Assembly: GCA_010356995.1 (NCBI GenBank)
Contig: ML996702.1
Coordinates: forward strand, 186,001 to 250,000
From: Trichodelitschia bisporula
Taxonomy: Eukaryota
Direction: 5' to 3'
DNA length: 64,000 bases
The notes under the pieces are model-generated. The model was not told the origin of the DNA and did not search any database. It saw only the letters and a list, made by a program, of their open reading frames with translations. Numbering within the stretch: the stretch's first letter is position 1; the number at the start of each line of letters is the position of its first letter. The translations under genes and the position numbers were made by a program. This document shows positions 1 to 11,409 of this stretch, piece by piece.

Positions 1-82
1 GCCCTTGACGGTCCGTCGTCTCGTGCTTTTTCTAAAAGTTACCGGAACTAGTCGTTCTGACGTCTCAGACTCCGACGCAAGG

Positions 83-1338
83 ATGGCCTCAATGTCATCC
101 GTCCCGCGTCCGAAGCACATCACGGACCGGTACAAGATCATTGGTTTCATTAGTAGTGGAACCTATGGCCGAGTGTACAAGGCCAAGGGCAAAAATGGCC
201 ACGTCGGCGAATTTGCGATCAAAAAGTGAGTTCCGATTTTCGTACTCTGCTCCATCTCACGTTCCTCCCCAGGTTTAAGCCCGACAAGGAGGGCGAGGTC
301 GGCTACACCGGCATCTCGCAGTCGGCGATCCGTGAAATGGCCCTCTGCACAGAACTCTCGCACCCGAACGTGGTGCACACTGTCGAGATCATCCTCGAGA
401 ACAAGTGCATTTACATCGTATTCGAGTACGCCGAGCACGACCTACTCCAGATCATTCACCACCATTCGCAGCCGAACCGGGCGGCCATCCCCGCGCGGAG
501 CATCAAGTCCATCATGTACCAGCTGCTCCACGGCTTGCTGTATTTGCACCGGAACTGGGTCATGCACCGTGATCTGAAGCCGGCCAACATCATGGTCACC
601 AGCAAGGGCGAAGTCAAAATTGGCGACTTGGGCCTTGCACGCCTCTTCCAACGCCCGCTGAACACGCTTTTCACGGGTGACAAGGTGGTCGTGACCATCT
701 GGTATCGCGCGCCAGAGTTGCTCCTCGGTGCTCGCCACTACACGCCTGCTATCGACCTTTGGGCGGTGGGCTGCATATTCGCGGAGCTGCTCTCACTGCG
801 ACCGATCTTCAAGGGTGAGGAGGCCAAGATGGATAACAAAAAGTCGGTCCCGTTCCAGCGCAACCAGATGCAGAAGATTGCCGAGATCCTAGGACTACCA
901 ACCAAGGATCACTGGCCGCTGCTGAGCAGCATGCCTGAGTACGCACAGCTGGCGAACCTGTCGGCCGGCAACTCGCGCGTCGCCAGCCCCCAGACTCTGC
1001 ACAAGTGGTACTGGAACATTGTACACATGAATAAGTACCCGAGCGATCCTGCCAGCATGACGCCAGGCAAAGAGGGGTTGGCACTGCTCAAAGGACTGCT
1101 TGAGTACGATCCGCAGAAGCGCCTGACCGCGGAACAGGCACTGCAGCACCCCTACTTTACCGATGATGACAAGCCAGGCGAAAACTGCTTCGAGGGCAGC
1201 GGTATCGAGTATCCGCTACGCCGTGTGAGCCAGGAGGACAACGATATTCGCACCTCAAGTCTCCCAGGGACCAAGCGCAGCGGACTTCCGGACGATAGCT
1301 ATGGAGGCCGTCCTGCGAAACGCCTCAAGGAGGCTTAG
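83..1338 (+). CDS. SSN3: Mediator-associated cyclin-dependent kinase (CDK8/Srb10)
   Basis: join(83..225,273..1338) with a 47-nt GT-AG intron giving AIKK|FKPDKEG. Kinase motifs: [17 protein letters not shown]8-type helix [23 protein letters not shown] in place of [30 protein letters not shown]. Confidence 0.97.
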
Positions 1339-1475
1339 GGGCTCTACTACTATGGCGTGGCGCAGTGATAGTGGCTTGCTCGCTGTTTCGGGCTTAGCTG
1401 CGGCGCGGCCCGCGGAGCAACCCGTCGACCGGCTGGACTACAAAGCGACGCGCGCGCCAACATCATCGGATCACC

Positions 1476-2596
1476 ATGGCCAACACAACGTCGTCCACAA
1501 TGCGCGCCTGGATGCAGTCTGCCAGGGGCAGCATATTTGAGAAGGCTGTCCTTGCTGACATTCCGCTGCCTGGTGAGCCCACTGGCTCAGACATTCTCGT
1601 CAAAATCTCGCATGCCGCGCTAAACCCGGTTGATTTGGAGCTCGCACGTGTTATTCCCACCTTCTGGCCATTCCCGCATAATCGCGGCATCAGCCTGGAC
1701 TTCGCCGGTCGTGTCGAGCGTGCTGGGCCACTCGTCCCCCCGGAGCTGGGCCCTGGCGTCTCAGTCTGTGCCGCACTCGGTGTGGCGCAGGTGTGGGCTG
1801 GCAAGGGCGCTCTCGCGGAGTACATCGTTGTGCCTTGCAATCTGGTTGCGGTTACGCCTCAATCTCTGACGTCCGCCGTTGCCGCAGGACTCGGCATCAC
1901 CGGCCAAACCGTTGCATTGATGATGCGCGAGGCGAAGGTCAAGAGTGGCGACCGCGTGCTCGTGAACGGCGCGAGTGGCGGTGTCGGGTCACTATTGGTA
2001 CAGGTTCTGAAGGGCAAGGGCGCACATGTCACGGGTATCTGCTCGGCGGCGAATTTTCCCCTGGTGCAGCGGCTGGGTGCCGACGAAGTAAGTTCTGGCG
2101 TGACTTTGCTCCGCCGCTGACCAGGGAGGTTGTCGATTACACCAGCGCACCGGTAGCTGAGCAGCTGGCCGGGGTCGAACAGAACTTCGACTACATTTTC
2201 GACACCATGCGCAACCAAGCCCTGTTTGAAGGCTCGCCCGCTTATCTCAAGCCGAGCGGGCTGTACCTCAACATCGGATCGCGCGGCAGCTCTTTCTGGC
2301 AGATGAGACTACTCGACCTGAAGAATGACTGGCTGCCGGTGTTCCTGGGGGGCACACCACGCAAATGGAAGACGTTAGCTCACCGTCCGAGCGGGGATTT
2401 TCAGCGGATGGTCACAGACTGGGTCAACGCAGGTCTCATAACCGATGTGCCTATCGACTCGGAGGTTCCGATGGCAGAGGCGCTCAAGGTACGGCCCCCA
2501 CACGAGCCTCCGCAACTCTACTGACCACAACAGGGCTTCGAGCGACTTGAGACTCGCCACGCGAAGGGCAAGGTCATCATTCGGATCCAGGATTGA
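1476..2596 (+). CDS. Zinc-independent medium-chain reductase (NADPH:quinone oxidoreductase / enoyl reductase-like)
   Basis: join(1476..2087,2129..2488,2534..2596). Motifs AALNPVD, LDFAGRV, GALAEY, Rossmann VLVNGASGGVG, LGADE|VVDY, C-terminal RHAKGKVII. No catalytic-zinc GHE motif. Confidence 0.88.
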
Positions 2597-3182
2597 GGCT
2601 GCTGCTTTGATAGCTATGTAGCTGTAAAAACTATTTTACCGAGTGTCTTTTGGCACCGGTCAGATCGCGGGCTTCCTGCAGGGCGTAGCGTCCGATTCGC
2701 GGTTTCTCGTGTCAGTCATCGGGTATGGTTACGTGCATAGTGACACAGCGCCTTGGAACATTCCCGTCAATGGGAGCGGCTGCCGCGTCTCAGGTCGATT
2801 GGTCCTCCTTCAGTGAGTGCGTATCGCTCATCATCTATCACTGACGCCTTTCCAGAGCGGAAATACGTGGCATGGCATTATTTGGATGCGGCGTAGTTCA
2901 CGCGAAGGTTTGAGACGCCCCGCGAACCACCTGCACCGCTGCCTTGCCTCGCCGCTCCTCTGCGACGAACCGCGGGTCTCCCTCTGTTTCCACAGCCTGA
3001 TTCGGCTGCCCGCAGTCCCGCTTCCTTGGCATTCGACCGATTATCTCTCTCGATACCTTGCTGCTTTGACAGGTAGGCTGGTAGGCTGCCGTTGCTCCGC
3101 GTCTGCCTTGTCGGGTGGTTTTAGCTTTAACCTGCAGGCTTGTCTCTTCTCCGGTATCCAGTGCTCGTTTCGTCCATGCTCT

Positions 3183-3275
3183 ATACGCAAGTTCTTCAAT
3201 CTGACTTCAAGTTAACACCATCCTGCTCAATACACAAGTTCTTCAATCTGACTCCAAATTGACACCATCCTACTC
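3183..3275. repeat. 47-bp-period tandem duplication immediately upstream of the ZNFX1-like ATG
   Basis: Copies at 3183-3228 and 3230-3275 (atacRcaagttcttcaatctgactYcaaRttRacaccatcctRctc) with 5 mismatches, all transitions. Confidence 0.9.
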
Positions 3276-3280
3276 GCGTC

Positions 3281-6200
3281 ATGGCTCCGGGTGCTCGGCG
3301 AGGTTCTAACAATCGTGGGCGTGGTGGTAGTTCGCGTGGTGGTGGTCGAGGCGGCGGGCAGAGCGGTGGCTGGAGAGCGCAGAACACCCTGCCTTGCCGT
3401 CATGGGGAGAATTGCACATATGGTGCACGCTGCAAGTTTTCTCACGACTCGCAAGACAATGGCCGAAGCACCCAGAGATCCGGGGTCTGTAACAATGTTC
3501 TCCAGGGAAGGGAATGCTCCTTTGGAGCCAGGTGCAAATACTCGCACGACGTTCAAGGTGGCTCGGTACGGCCTCCGCGTCCTCCTCGTCCTGAGCCAAC
3601 GGCCGAGCAAGAAGCGGCTAAGGATGCATACCATGCGTGGAAGCGGCTTATCAAAGCACCACCGACGAGTATGGACCTGAGCCGGACCAAAAGGGTGTGG
3701 GACGGAGCCCTCGATATCCTCAACGCCGACAACCGCGATTCGCACCAGAAGCTCCCTAGGGATCTGGATTTGGACGAGACTTATGGCCATGACTATATCC
3801 TGGCCGTCCTGACGATGCACCCGACGGCTTTCTCGCCCCTGAATGGTGTGGGATTCATGGATATCGTACATCCCTTCCTTCTGGTTATCACTCACACCGA
3901 ACTGATCGACTCCTTGTCGCTGGATACCTATGTTGGCGCCATCTACAACTTCATCAGCGGCCCCCACGGCTCTCGGGCCATTCCCTTTTTCAAGCGCGTC
4001 GCCTTGAGCTTGAAGGACCACCTGGCGTTGTATGCGGACAAGATGATCGGTCCCTTGTGCACTGCGCTCTGTGTGACGCTGAGGCGGGAACCCCGTACAT
4101 CGTTTCAGGAGGAGCTGTCAGAAGTCCTTGACATCCTGGATGGCGTACTCGTGTCGGTGACGCCGGAGACTAAAAGCATTGCCGGGAATGTGCTCGAACA
4201 GTTACATGCGATCGCGCGGCGTGCTCAATCTCTGCTTGGACGCGAGGAAGAACTGGAGGTCGGTGATATCGCTCCCACGGCTTCCACATATCCACGCAAC
4301 CACGTGGTCCCCGGTGGGCGGCACGACAACGATTTTGCCGATATCACGCAGACGGCAATTTTTCCCAGCGCGGACGAAATCCGATACCGCGGCCTGAAAG
4401 ACCTGCCTTCAACGGATCGTGACGAAAGTCATCATCTCAGCGACCCTGCGGAGAGGCACATTGATACGCTCTTTAGACTGCTACGTCATGACATTTTTGG
4501 CGAGCTGAAAGACGCCTTGAACATTCTTCTGCACGATGCGGACGCAGATCCTCGGGTTTTCGAATCCCAGAACATAAGCCTGGGCAACATCCGGGCCCAG
4601 GCATACACTGGGGCGCGCGTTGCGTTCATCTCCCCAGAGCTGAGGCAGGGCTTCGACATATCCATTTCTTTCACTGCTCCCAAGGCGATTCGCAAGCTTA
4701 AACCGGCTGAGCGGCAGCAATGGTGGGAGCATCCTCGGCGCCTGTCAGACGGGACACTGCTCTGTTTTCTTGTTCACATCAACGGCAAGAGCGAACTGAC
4801 ATTTCTTACGGCTGGGCAGAAGAGCACTGACCCGAACCAACGGCACTCGCTGATGGCTCCTAAACCGGTAATCGTTGCACGGTCGCTCTTTCCTAGCCAG
4901 TTCAGCGTCGAGCTCCTCGTACAACTCAGTTGCTCTCCCGCATCGGGGCTTCTCATCGACTTCTCTGGTGTACTTCCTGCCACCTTCGTTCCCGTATTGG
5001 AGACCTTGCAGCGGATTCAGAAAGAGAGCCGCTTGTCTTTTCGCTCCTGGGTCTTACCCGAACGCGTCCAATCTGGCACTCATGTCGAGATTCTCGACGT
5101 CCCTCCACCGGTCTATACCCGCAACGCGAGGTTTGCCTTTTCACTCGCTCCCATTCTGAAGGACTCTGGCGATGAGCTCTTCATCACGCGTGATGCGCGG
5201 GTCGACGACGAAGCACTTGTCAGCCAGATTGTGAATCGTACGGGACTCGACATGGGTCAGGCTAAGGCACTCATTGCCGCACTCGTTCGTGAATTTACCT
5301 TCATCCAAGGTCCGCCGGGATGTGGCAAGACTCACTTAGGCGTACAGCTCATGCAGGTTCTGCTGCACGCTGCACGCAAGGGCAATCTTGGACCCATTAT
5401 TGTCGTGTAAGTTTTTGTGCCACTCTCGTTCCACATCTGACGAGCGGCAGATGTTATACCAACCACGCATTGGACCAGTTTTTAGAACATCTCATCCAGA
5501 TCGGCATCACCAAAATCATAAGAATGGGTGGACAGAGCCGGTCGCCGGAACTGGAGGGCAAGAACCTTCGCGTTGTCACGAAGGCAGAAGGTAGCACTGG
5601 GTTTGAACGTTTTCAGGTTGCAAAAATCTTTGAGGAGATTCAAGAGCTCTCCAAGGACGTCGAAGTCACACTCAAACGTCTTAGCGCCTTAAAACGGAAA
5701 CCTCAGTGGTCAAATCTCAGCCACCACCTCCGCCGCCACCATTCAAAGATCTACAAGCAATTTGTGCCGGGTGACACTGATTGGACGCTCGTTGGCGATG
5801 CATTCGACATTTGGAAATTGGTCAAAAATTTACCGAAATATACTGACGGAGACCATGCTCCGATTGAGTCTGTCCTGGTGTTGGCCGAGGGAAACGTGAA
5901 CGAGGTGTCCCCTCTTGATCGGGTCCGTCTCGTCCAGTACTGGGTAGACGAGAGCTGCAAAGAAAAGCGAGACCATGTTTACGAGTGCGTTCGCGAGGCC
6001 GAGCAGCTTCGCCGACAGTTAGACGACGTTCGAAGCGAAGCTGACAAGCGGATTCTCGCATCAGCGGACGTGATTGGAGTCACCACGACAGGCCTCGCAA
6101 AGCGGATCGCGGTACTGCAGCATGTCAAAGCAAAGGTTGTGCTTTGCGAAGAGGCTGCGGAAGTGATGGAGTAAGTATTTCTCCTTTTGTATCTCACGCT

Positions 6201-9200
6201 GACCCGGCAGACCACATATGGTGTCGGCCTTTCTCCCGAGCGTCGAGCATTTCATACAGATTGGCGACCACCAGCAGCTGCGTCCACAGATCAATAACTA
6301 TTCGCTATCGCTAGAAAGCGACACAGGGGTGCGGTACCAGCTTGACCGCAGCCAGTTTGAGCGGCTCTGCAAGGGCGAGCGGGACCGGCCTCTTGTTCCC
6401 GTGGCTCAGCTCAACGTTCAGCGCCGGATGCGGCCTGAGATTTCGACTTTAATTCGAGAGACGGTGTACAAGCGCCTTCAGGATCATGCGAGTACGCAGG
6501 ATCTTCCTAACGTGGTGGGTATGCGCAAAAACGTCTTTTGGCTTGATCACAGCAACCTGGAGGGCGAGCAGGATGACCAGCGGTCCCACTGCAATGTCTG
6601 GGAGGTTGAAATGGTCAAAGCCCTCGTGCTCCACATCGTTCGCCAGGGCGCGTATAAAAGCCAGGACATCGCGGTCCTTACGCCATATACGGGCCAGCTT
6701 CAAAAATTGCGTGCTGCCATGAAGGCCGAATTTGAGGTTGTGCTGAGCGACCGGGACCAGGATACGCTTCTCCGAGACGGATTCGATCCTGAGGCCTCCG
6801 ATGAGGACGGCCCAAAGCGCCCGCTGGAGAAGAAGCGCATGGTCGAGCTGCTGCGTCTTGCAACCGTGGTCAGTTATTCCGTTCTTGGATTTATTTGCTC
6901 CACTAACGCTGGCAGGACAACTTTCAAGGCGAGGAGGCGAAGCTGGTCATCGTGTCACTTGTGCGAAGCAACAGGACCCGCAGAGTTGGATTCCTGCGGA
7001 CTGAGAACCGCATCAACGTCCTTCTGAGCCGCGCGCAGCATGGGCTCTATCTCATCGGGAACTCCGACACATACGCCAACGTGCCGATGTGGGCCCGTGT
7101 TCTCGGAATGCTGAGGGCGACAGACTCCGTTTCGACGGCTCTAGGCCTTTGCTGTCCTCGACACCCAGACACGGAGATCCAGGTCTCTCAGTCAGAAGAT
7201 TTTCGACGCAAAAGCCCGGAAGGGGGCTGCGAGTTGAGTTGCGACCGGCGCCTCTCGTGTGGCCATCAGTGCGAAGCGAGGTGTCATTCTGATTATCTCC
7301 ACCAGGTGTTCTCATGTCCCCAGCCGTGTCAAAGGCTACACACGCCATGTAACCACCCTTGCCAGAAGGCGACTTGTGGAGAGGACTGCGGGTCTTGCCA
7401 GATCAAAATCGACAATGTGCAGCTGCCCTGCGGCCACGATGTGGACGGCGTGGCTTGTCACCGCACCCAAAAGCTGGACGCAATTTTCTGCCCTACTCTC
7501 GTTAACAAAACCGTCCCGCGCTGCAGTCACGTTATAAAAATCGCCTGCTCGAAGAGTGTTAGCGCCCCGAGCTTCAAGTGCCCCACGCCGTGTAGTGCGG
7601 TGCTCGAATGTGGGCATCCATGTCCCGGTACCTGCGACGACTGCCGACAGGTGTCGGACGCTGAAGTCATCTTCAAGCATGCTAGCTGCCCCAAAATTTG
7701 CGGCAGAAGCTTGCCGAGGTGCAACCACAGTTGCCAAAGTACCTGCCATGCCGCTGAAAGCAAAGACTGCGGCCTTTGTCACGCTCCGTGCGAGGTATGT
7801 TTTAGAATTAGGCCTCTCCGCTAAGTCTTTCGAGCTTCTCGCAGAGTGAACCCCTTTGCCTTTCAACCGCTAACTATCATAGGTTCGATGCAAGCACTCG
7901 AAATGTTCGTTGAAGTGCCATGAGCCGTGCGCGCCTTGCATTGAGAAGAGATGCAGCTGGCAGTGCGTGCATAAAGGTGCTTGTACACTCCCCTGCGGTG
8001 CACCCTGCAATCGGCTGCCATGTCAAGAGCGCTGCGCAGAAAACCTCGCATGCGGCCATCGCTGTCCGACTGTATGTGGAGAGGACTGTCCTGAGGGATA
8101 CTGCCAGGCCTGCTCTGACAAGCTGGATGCCCGTGTCGACATTCTCGAGATGAAGACGTACGGTGAAATTGACCTCGACGAAACGCCCATTGTGGTCCTA
8201 GGATGTGGCCACTTCTTTACCTTCGAGACGCTCGATGGTCTTGTCGGAATGCGCGACGTTTACGAAGTCAACGCTCACGGCGAGTACATCCGGATTCTTG
8301 AATCACCGGCCCTCGCGGATTCCATTCCTCGCTGCCCCGATTGCCGAAGCCCATTCCGACAGTTTGCAACTACGCGGTACAACCGGGTGGTCAACCGGGC
8401 GGTGATTGACGAAATGACGAAGCGCTTCCTCATTAGCTCGCGCGCGGAGCACGCCGAGTTGGAGGCTAAGGTTGACGCATTGGAGGAAAGCTTTGCAAAG
8501 GCCCAGTTGGCACTCAAGGCCGCGACCCCAATGCCCTTGCTTGGACGGAAAGGTCGCGCCGCACCTTCAACGGACACTGTGGTTATGTTCAACAGAACTT
8601 ACGTCGAGGCCACCCCTCTTGTTAACTCTGTTGATTGGTTCTGTGCCAAAGTCGAGGCTAAAAATGAACCGGTCAGAAAACTCCACGACGCGATTGTTCA
8701 AGCGGCGAGAGAGTCGCAGCCGCTCGATGAGAAGGTGGCTGGAATGAAACTCGCGAAATCTCTCTACGCCGCTTCTCGCGAGAGCCGCATCATCATTGGT
8801 AGCCAGCTACTGCGGGCTCGGATAAGATTCACCGCTCTTGCTCATCAACTCGAGCTTGCTCGAATCCGGAGATCTTGGCCTGCTGATATCGGCTTGAATG
8901 TGAAGTCAGGCTCAAATCCTGCAAAGACGGCCCCTAATATCTTTGCCGCTTGCGAAAAGCTGATCGGTGTATCCGGAAGGGAACGACTTCCAAAGTTCGC
9001 TGTGGAGGCTACATTGCATTATGCACAGTATGCTCATCTCTTACGCTCTTACCGCAATACGGCACCGTCCATAGAAAGCGACAAATTGACGAAAAAGGCG
9101 AAAGGGTTTGTCGAGCAAGCCATCGCGCTGTGCGACCGTGGTTTTCAGAATGCCGACAAGTTGCGGGAAGCTCTGCAGGTGGTAGCGGAGTCTCTAAACA

Positions 9201-9497
9201 GTGAGTGGTATGAGGAGGTAACGGCAGAAGAGATTGCGGCCATCAAGAACGCTATGGTGACTGGGAGGGGTGGCCTTCCAACACACTCGGGACACTGGTA
9301 CGAATGTCAGAATGGCCATGCGGCAAGTTGCCTTTTGACTTTTCTGGTCTCCGCTAATGTACCTCCAGTTTGCGGTAGGAGAATGTGGGATGCCCATGGA
9401 ACTGGCGCGGTGTCCTGAGTGCGGTGCCCAAGTGGGTGGTCAGCGTCATAATCCCGTCGCGGGAGTTGCCAGGGCGCAGTACATGGAGGACGACTAG
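3281..9497 (+). CDS. ZNFX1: ZNFX1-like protein: RGG + 2 CCCH fingers, Upf1-like SF1 RNA helicase, NF-X1 zinc-finger array, RING-like segment, C-terminal RZ finger
   Basis: join(3281..5406,5451..6170,6211..6868,6916..7794,7883..9322,9369..9497). Splicing restores the SF1 motifs QGPPGCGKT, VVCYTNHALDQF, CEEAAEVMEPH, IGDHQQLRP, SQFERL, QRRMRPEIS, ATVDNFQGEE and NRINVLLSRAQHGLY. Also PGGRHDND, repeated CGHxC..CH units, and the terminal GHWYECQNGHAFAVGECGMPMELARCPECGAQVGG. The symbol denotes a homolog of the animal gene. Confidence 0.93.
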
Positions 9498-11409
9498 GTT
9501 ATGGGTATTGCGAGAGGAACGAAGTCCAGTATCTTGTCAATGGACCATGAGACCCACAAGTACCCGATGAAGAATAATTATGGGAAATGCCACGTGATTG
9601 TGTCACGGCCGTCAACGACGGCGCTCTGATTCAACATGTTTTCCTTCCGGTGATCAGCTTTCCTCACTTCTTTATACACAGGGACGCCATCATCATCGCA
9701 ACAGAGCCTCTTGGACACTTGGTATTGCTTTCACAGATCGATCAGACTGCTTGAGGTACTTTCGACCAGGTAGGGAGTTTAATCAATGCATCGCTTATGC
9801 ATACCTGCTTCTCTTACTCTACTGCTTCCCCAAGAGCGCTTGAGCCCTACCCCGTTGAGCTGTCGAGGTGGGTATGGGTCTTAACTCCCCGTTGTCATAG
9901 GCATGCAGCCTTCGATTGAGATGGATTGACGATCAAATCACGGGGCATGACCCGCACAATTTATGTCCTCTTCACATCGTTGTTTTCATCATCCTCCGTC
10001 GCGGCTGAGATGGCGAGGAAATCGATGGGAAGCCTTACAATTTGACAGCCACACATCGTGCCGGCACTCTACGATTTTCACGATGCATCCGCTGCTCTCA
10101 AACCAAGGCCATATAGTTACAGTTGTAATTACAAGACTGCTCTGTAGGTCATGGCCGACGATGTCGAGCATTGCCAATCGCGAATCGCAGCGTTTCGATA
10201 TGGAATCAAACGGGCTAAGCGGAAGCGGAATAAGGGCACCCCGTGATGTCGGCGTGGGTGCGGAAGGTGAACCTTCACTTTCTTTCATCTCTTGAAGAGT
10301 AGTAAAGAACTCGTTTATACTGTCTACGAAGGAGAGTTCAATGCTGGTACATTCATCATCTTATGCCCTGTGTTGCTCCGGACAAGGCCCCTCAGCCTTC
10401 CCATGAATGTGGCGGTGCAGTGGCTAGTGAAATCTTCGCGACGATGATATCCTCTTTCGGCTTGAAGCCTCAAGGCTCAAAAACAACGTCCATGATGGCC
10501 CTTGCACTCCACATCTTCACAATCCGCGCTATCATTATCAGAGATCTACGGTCGGCATCGACGGCGCGAACGCGTCAAACTGGGCGTGATGACGATCCAA
10601 TTCTCGTCCATCACAACAAGCTCTCCTCTTTTCCCCTTTCAGCTTCAAGACAGGGATCAGCTGGACGACACAACCGTATCCCTCAAGACCGTCCCAAACC
10701 ATCATTCATGCGAATGAGCTGAAGTCGCGTCCCGCAACGCAACATCTCACACCCGCACACCAGTCACATCCTTCCCCTCAAGCACTCGTCGCCCGCACCG
10801 GCGCCTGAGACGTGATGACCTAACACCGCGCGCAGGTGACCAGTAACAGCAAATCTGACGCCCGCCATCACAAAACCCGACAACTCAAATCCAACCGCAA
10901 AGTGACAAAAACCACCCAGCCGCAGCCGCGCAAACGCTCACTTGTGGCGCCCCTATGATGCGCAGAGCCCAGCCGTGGCGCCCCACTGATCAGCAGCCCC
11001 CGCCTCCCTACGCCGTGGTTGGCCAGGCTGCGAGCCCACGAAGTCGGCTCGCGAGGTTGCTATTAAGATGGTCGTGAAAACGGTCCTCGCGAAGCGACCC
11101 CGCCGTCCTGGAACGGTCATTTTTAACGCAGCGATGAGGCGGGGACCGCGTTGCACCGCGTAGGCGAAGGCGTGGGCTGCGGTTCCAGGAGCCGGGCACG
11201 CGGCACCGCTTACAGGCCCGCGGTGGCAGTGGCTGCGGGGCGCAAACTGCACGGCCGATCGGGTTGCGCGCGATGTGCGTCCGTTCCGTGGGGATGGGGG
11301 CCTGCACTTGGCTGGCGTGTTGGCGGGCGGGCCGGCTGGGACGTATATGTGGGTTAGGCCCCGCAAAGGTAGGAGTGGGTGTGCGTTGCGTTCTTGGTTT
11401 GGATTCGAG

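Noticed and set aside
1476..2596. Secondary-metabolite cluster around the enoyl-reductase-like gene
   Set aside because: No PKS, NRPS or terpene synthase in the window; most neighbours are housekeeping genes.
9500..10900. Short ORFs downstream of ZNFX1 (9963-10295, 10363-10722)
   Set aside because: No motifs and no consistent splice model; cannot be supported as genes.
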